64,000 nt of DNA from NCBI RefSeq assembly GCF_009914755.1, contig NC_060925.1. One strand, written 5' to 3'. A model generated the notes under the pieces. The model was not told where the DNA came from and made no database searches. It saw only the letters and a program-made list of their open reading frames with translations. Within the stretch, counting starts at the first letter, position 1. Every line of letters starts with the position of its first letter. The translations under genes and the position numbers were made by a program. Below, in pieces: positions 54,525 through 64,000 of the stretch. Source of the stretch: the human T2T-CHM13v2.0 reference genome, Homo sapiens.

Positions 54525-55520
54525 TGTTGCGGGAAGTCAAGGACCCCAAACAGAGGGACCTGCTGAAGCTGTGACAGAAGAAAATAAATTGTGAAGATTT
54601 CATGGACATTTATCACTTCCCCAATCAATATTCTTATAATTTCCTATGCCTGTCTTTACTTTAATCTCTTAATCTGGTCATCTTCATAAGCTGAGGCTGT
54701 ATGTCACCTCAGGACCCTGTGATGATTGTGTTAACTGCACAAATTGTTTGTAAAGCATGTGTGTATGAACAATATGAAATCCAGGCACCTTGAAAAAAGA
54801 ACAGGATAACAGAGATGTCCAGGGAACAACAGAGATAACCATTAGGTCTGACTGCCTAGGAGCCAGGCAGGACAGAGCCATATTTCTCTATTACTGAAAA
54901 CAGGTAAGAGAAATATCACTGAATTCTTTCCCCAGTAAGAAATATTAATAATTAACAGCCCTGGGAAAAGAATGCACTCCCAGGAGGGGCCTCTAAAATG
55001 GCCGCTCTGGGGGTGTCTGCCTTATGCAGTTGCAGATAAGGGTTGAAACACACCCTGGCCTCCTGCAGCGCCCCCAGGCTTGCTAGGATTAGGAAATTCC
55101 AGCCTGGCAAATTCTAGTCAGACCAGTTCTCTGCTCTTGAACCCTGTTAAGATGTTTATCAATGACAATAGGTGCACAGAAGGACATGGAACTTCATTAG
55201 TAATTCTAGTTTTGCCCTGACCTTGTTATCTTGCCCTGACCTTCTGCCTTGTGATCTTTTGTTGTCCTTGAAGCATGTGATCTCTGTGATGAACACCCTA
55301 TTCATACACTCTCTCCCCTTTGAAAATTGCTAATAAAAACTTGCTGGTTTTATGGCTCGGGGGCGTCGCCGAACCTGCCAACATGTGATGTCTCCCCTGG
55401 AAACCCAGCTTTAAAATTTCTTTCTTTTGTACTCTTTCCCTTTATTTCTCAGACTGGCTGACACTTAGGGAAAATAGAAAAGAACCTATGTTGAAATACT
55501 GGGGGCTGGTTCCCCCAATA
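54525..55520 (+). mobile_element. MER11A-like 3' LTR (complete, 996 bp)
   Basis: tgttgcgggaag...ggctggttcccccaata; AATAAA at 55332-55337; ttgccctgacctt repeats near 55212-55250. Confidence 0.9.
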
Positions 55521-57646
55521 ATATATACATATAAAAGACAAACAAGAAAAAGCAAGTATGTGGTGGATATGTTGAGTTGCCATAATGTCCTTTGATTGTG
55601 ACTTCCTGGATGGTACAGCTTTGTGAGCTGCATTATTCTTCCAATTTGGTGCACTCACATGAGATTTGAAAGGCATAAAAGGGAGATATAAGGATTTGAA
55701 ATTTGTCGATGCTGTATACAAACATTGAAATATTTGATATTCTTCAGCTGTGTTCCAGTCATTAGTCTTGTGGAAGATTCAAGATATAGAGGTGGTTTAG
55801 TTTCCAGACTTGGTACTGTGGGATGGTCTTTGAGTCAAAGTTTTCAGTGGAGGTCCCATGAAGCCTGGCTTTCTAGTAGCAGTTCTCTTAGTGCACCTTG
55901 TGGAGCACTGGAGTAATTTCTGGAAAGCCAACCTAGCATGCTTCTTCATGTCCTCCAAAGATTTTGTAAGAAATAAACTCCTTGTACTTAACCCTCTCCA
56001 TTAAGATGGATAGAATGGTTTCAGTTTCCTGCAGCTGAATTTGGCTGGGTCTATCAGTGACTTGATAACCAATATGAAGAATATGAAACTGTGAAAATTT
56101 TAATACTTATTTTAAAAAATCATGCTGTGCTTTTCTTTTTGCTCTATGTACTTCCAAACTCAAAATTATCTGTTTATGGACTTCCAAACTCAAAATCATC
56201 ATATATCTCTATAGTCTAGGGAGAACACAAGTACTTTTGAAAATAGATGCTAACTCATATGAGGTTCTTATATGCCTCAGAGTCTGCTGATACACCTTAC
56301 TAAATGTCCACTGAAATAATGTTAAATAAGTTATATCAATGGTAGATATCTAGATATGCCCTGCATTTTCTCAACTTTGCATATTTGTTCACAGTGAGCA
56401 AACAACCTAAGTCCTTTTGTTTTATTCGACTACCAAAATCCTATTCCACTTTAAAAATCTATCTTAAATGCAGCATCCTCTAGGGAGACTTCCATTATAT
56501 AGTCAACCAGAATATACATTCTTTTTTTTTTATCATGAAGTAATGTTATCCTTTAAATTGCACCACATAGTGTACTTTGACACCAGCCCTTGACTCCCTC
56601 AGCTCTTATGAACTGCTGATCATCCATATTACCAGTTAGATTTATTTCCTTTAAATGTTGGTGCAATTCTTCATCAATTATTTAAGTAAAAATTGAAGAG
56701 GAAGGAGGATAAGAAAAAGGGGGAAAAATAAGAATAACAAAGTAGAACCAAATCTATATAAATAAAATGGGATTTCTACTGTGGATAAACTAATACTGAA
56801 ACTTGAAAGAAGCATTATTTTAATGGTCAGTCAAATGTGGCCCAAAATTTTCTTTTTAAATTAGCTTTTTACTTTTCTTAACTTCCCTTACTTCTGGTAA
56901 CTTTACAGACTTTTATTAATTAGAACTAAGAAAAAAGAACTGGAAAATCTATGCCTAGTGAAGAATAAGCCTTAAAGTAACTGTAATACCTTTGAACTTG
57001 TTAATGAGCTCAAGTAGATTATAGAATTCTTTGCAGAAATATATATATAATATTTAAATGTACTAGTCATATTTTCATTTAGACACCTTCATAAAGAATA
57101 ATTAGTTGACCCACTCAGTGAATTCCTATATTTAAAACTAAAACAAAAAAATTATTTTACAATATATCACTAACCATGTCTATAGATTTTGGGACTTGTT
57201 CAAATGAGAAAAAATAAATACACTCCTAAAACCTTCCCAGTCAGAAAAAAATAAAAACTAAACTAGCAATACTAGAATAAATAACAATGTTAATTGCAAC
57301 AAATAAATTAAATTAAATGTATATCTTCAGGAAATGCTACAACTACCTAACATTCTTTGATTTATAATTAAAGAAATCACGGCCGGGTACTCCTCTGAGA
57401 CAAAACTTCCACAGGAACAATCAGGCAGCAACATTTTCTGTTCACCAATATCTGCTGTTCTGCAGCCTCTGCTGCTGATACCCAGGCAAACAGGGTCTGG
57501 AGTGGACCTCCAGCAAACTCCAACAGACCTGTAGCTGAGGGTCCTGACTGTTAGAAGGAAAACTAACAAACAGAAAGGACATCCACACTAAAAGCCCATC
57601 TGTACGTCACCATCATCAAAGACCAAAGGTAGATAAAACCACAAAG

Positions 57647-58662
57647 ATGGGGAAAAAACAGAGCAGAAAAACTGAAAATTCTAAAAACCAGAGTGCCTTT
57701 CCTCCTGCAAAGGAGTGCAACTCCTCACCAGCAACGGAACAAAGCTGGATGGAGCATGACTTTGACAAGTTGAGAGAAGAAGACTTCAGATGATCAAACT
57801 ACTCTGAGCTAAAGGAGGAAGTTCAAACCCATGGCAAAGAATTTAAAAACCTTGAAAAAAGATTAGACGAATGGCTAACTAGATTCAACAATGCACATAA
57901 GTCCTTAAAGGACCTGATGGAGCTGAAAACCACGGCACGAGAACTACATGATGAATGCACAAACCTCAGTAGCCGATTCAATCAACTGGAAGAAAGGGTA
58001 TCAGTGATGGAAGATCAAATGAATGAAATGAAGCGAGAAGAGAAGTTTAGAGAAAAAAGAATAAAAGGGAACTAACAAAGCCTCCAAGAAATATGGGACT
58101 ATGTGAAAAGACTAAATCTATGTCTGATTGGTGGACCTGAAAGTGACAGGAAGAATGGAACCAAGTTGGAAAACACTCTGCAGGATATTGTCCAGGAGAA
58201 CTTCCCCAATCTAGCAAGGCAGGCCAACATTCAGATTCAGGAAATGGAGAGAATGCCACAAAGATACTCCTCAAGAAGAGCAACTCCAAGACACATAATT
58301 GTCAGATTCACCAAAGTTGAAATGAAGGAAAAAATGTTAAGGGCAGCCAGAGAGAAAGGTCGGGTTACCCACAAACGGAAGCCCATCAGACTAACAGCTG
58401 ATCTCTTGGCAGAAACTCTACAAGCCAGAAGAGAGTGGGGGCCAATATTCAACATTCTTAAAGAAAATAATTTCAACCCAGAATTTCACATCCAGCCAAA
58501 CTAAGCTTCATAAGTGAAGGAGAAATAAAATCCTTTACAGACAAGCAAATGATGAGAGATTTTGTCACCACGAGGCCTGCCCTAAAAGAACTCCTGAAGG
58601 AAGCACTAAACATGAAAATGAACAACTGGTACCAGCCACTGCAAAAACATGCCAAATTGTAA
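57647..58662 (+). pseudogene. L1 ORF1 (p40), disrupted
   Basis: ATG GGG AAA AAA CAG start; in-frame TGA at 57791 and TAA at 58073; frameshift near 58470; RATPRHIIVRF and ARREWG motifs. Confidence 0.93.
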
Positions 58663-58725
58663 AGACGATCGAGGCTAGGAAGAAACTGCATCAACGAATG
58701 AGCAAAATAACCAGCTAACATCATA

Positions 58726-62652
<3,927 letters not shown>

Positions 62653-62984
62653 ACAATGAGAACACATGGACACAGGAAGGGGAACATCACACACCAGGGC
62701 TTGTTGTCAGGTGGTGGGAGAGGGGAGGGATAGCATTAGGAGATATACCTAATGTTAAATGACGAGTTAATGGATGCAGCACACCAACACGGCACATGTA
62801 TACATATGTAACAAACCTGCATGTTGTGTACACGTACCCTAAAACTTAAAGTATAATTTAAAAAATTAAATAAAGAAATAAATAAAAAGAAATCAACTTG
62901 TTACTATAATGACAGAAAAAAATCAATAATACAAACTAAAATTGCAATTCTGTATCAGCAACTTGAACAAGATTTTGATTAATA

Positions 62985-63311
62985 TTTTTTTATTTATTTA
63001 TTTGTTTGTTTATTTATTTACTGAAACAGAGTTTCATTCTGTTGCCCAGGCTGAAGTGCATTGGTGTGATCATGGTTCACTGCAGCCTTGACTTCCCTGG
63101 GCTCAAGCCATCCTCCCACCTCAGCCTCCAGAGTAGCTGGGACTACAGGCACACTCCACCAACCTGGGAGATTTATTTATTTTTTTATTTTTGGTAGAGA
63201 CAGGATTTTACCATGTTGCATAGGCTGGTCTGGACCTCCTGGGCTCAGTGATGTGCCGACCTAGACTTTCCAAAGTGCTAGGATTATAGTCATGAGCCAC
63301 TGTGCCCAGCC
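62985..63311 (-). mobile_element. Alu, AluJ-like
   Basis: cactgcagccttgacttccctgggctcaagccatcctcccacctcagcc; (TTTA/TTTG)n tail. Confidence 0.9.
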
Positions 63312-63849
63312 CATTTGATATTTTAATGATGACTCTTTCATCGGAACTACACAGCTTGGAAATGATATTACAGTTCACCTGTTGATTAAGGGCCTTCCTT
63401 GAACATTCTTTAACTGTGTCCCTAGGGACCCTTTCTTGCTGTTCCATAGACAGTTTAAAGTAGCATTGATTACATGATCTAAATTCCATTCTTTACTCCT
63501 TTAACATAACTTTTATCAAACTGAATAGTTAATTGACCCATTTTTGCAACAAAAAACTCTCTTTTCTCTATGTTTCTGAATAAAGAATAATAAAATAGCC
63601 ATTAATGATTGAAATACAAGTTAATGTAGCCAAAATTTTAAAAATAAAATCAGACAGAGTAAGAATCAAAGAGAGATCATATTTTCTTTCTCAATATAGT
63701 TATCATAAGTAAGAAGATAATTTGGAATCATGAAAATATCTTTACAGTCTAAAGAACCAGAGAATACTGAAGGAACAACTGTGGAGCAACACCATTCTTC
63801 AAGGATAATCAATCATGATTTAGTAAATCTCTTTTTTATGATAATGAGG

Positions 63850-63923
63850 ATTTATTTCTTTCTTTGTTTATTTAATGTTCTGGGCTATAAGCACAGATTT
63901 ATTACATAGGTAAACTTGTGTGT
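63850..63923 (-). mobile_element. Short old L1P 3'-end fragment
   Basis: cagatttattacataggtaaacttgtg resembles an antisense L1 terminus. Confidence 0.4.
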
Positions 63924-64000
63924 AAATCTCAATACTTTGAAAGAAATTTCAGTAATGATCTTCAATAATACATTTTCTGTAGCTAGGAATAATTTATTTA

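Larger units (their letters stand above)
52527..55520 (+). mobile_element. HERV-K11/HML-8 provirus (MER11A-like LTRs), internally deleted to ~3 kb
   Basis: Same LTR start tgttgcgggaagtca at 52527 and 54525; betaretroviral integrase and env remnants; PPT aaaaagaaagggagaga; 6-bp TSD ATATAT at 52521-52526 and 55521-55526. Confidence 0.92.

Overview
AT-rich, repeat-dense primate (human-like) non-coding DNA. I find no cellular protein-coding exon, RNA gene, CpG island or CRISPR array; the long ORFs all fall in retroelement remnants or low-complexity sequence. Main content: a MaLR internal segment plus LTR (1-2184); a MER52/MER4-group ERV1 provirus with CAAG TSDs (7074-15629) whose 5' LTR is replaced by an L1PA7-like insertion and which carries three Alus; a THE1 provirus nested in an MLT1 LTR nested in another MLT1 LTR (~41986-45196); a heavily deleted HERV-K11/HML-8 (MER11 LTR) provirus with ATATAT TSDs (52527-55520); a 5'-truncated, inactivated L1PA4-like element (57380-62885); plus further Alus, MIR/L2 relics and DNA-transposon fossils. 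I see no evidence of a new biological system. The most interesting signals are small repair or recombination scars readable from the sequence: a 39-bp insert copied from 1 kb away, a 22-bp Alu-linker filler inside an L1, a fold-back at an L1 deletion junction, a stuttered tandem duplication in L1 ORF2, an apparent young-L1 gene-conversion tract in the older L1, and an unexplained ancient 67-bp repeat pair around a palindrome. Subfamily names come from recalled consensus sequences and identity counts were done by eye; both need RepeatMasker/Dfam and alignment confirmation.
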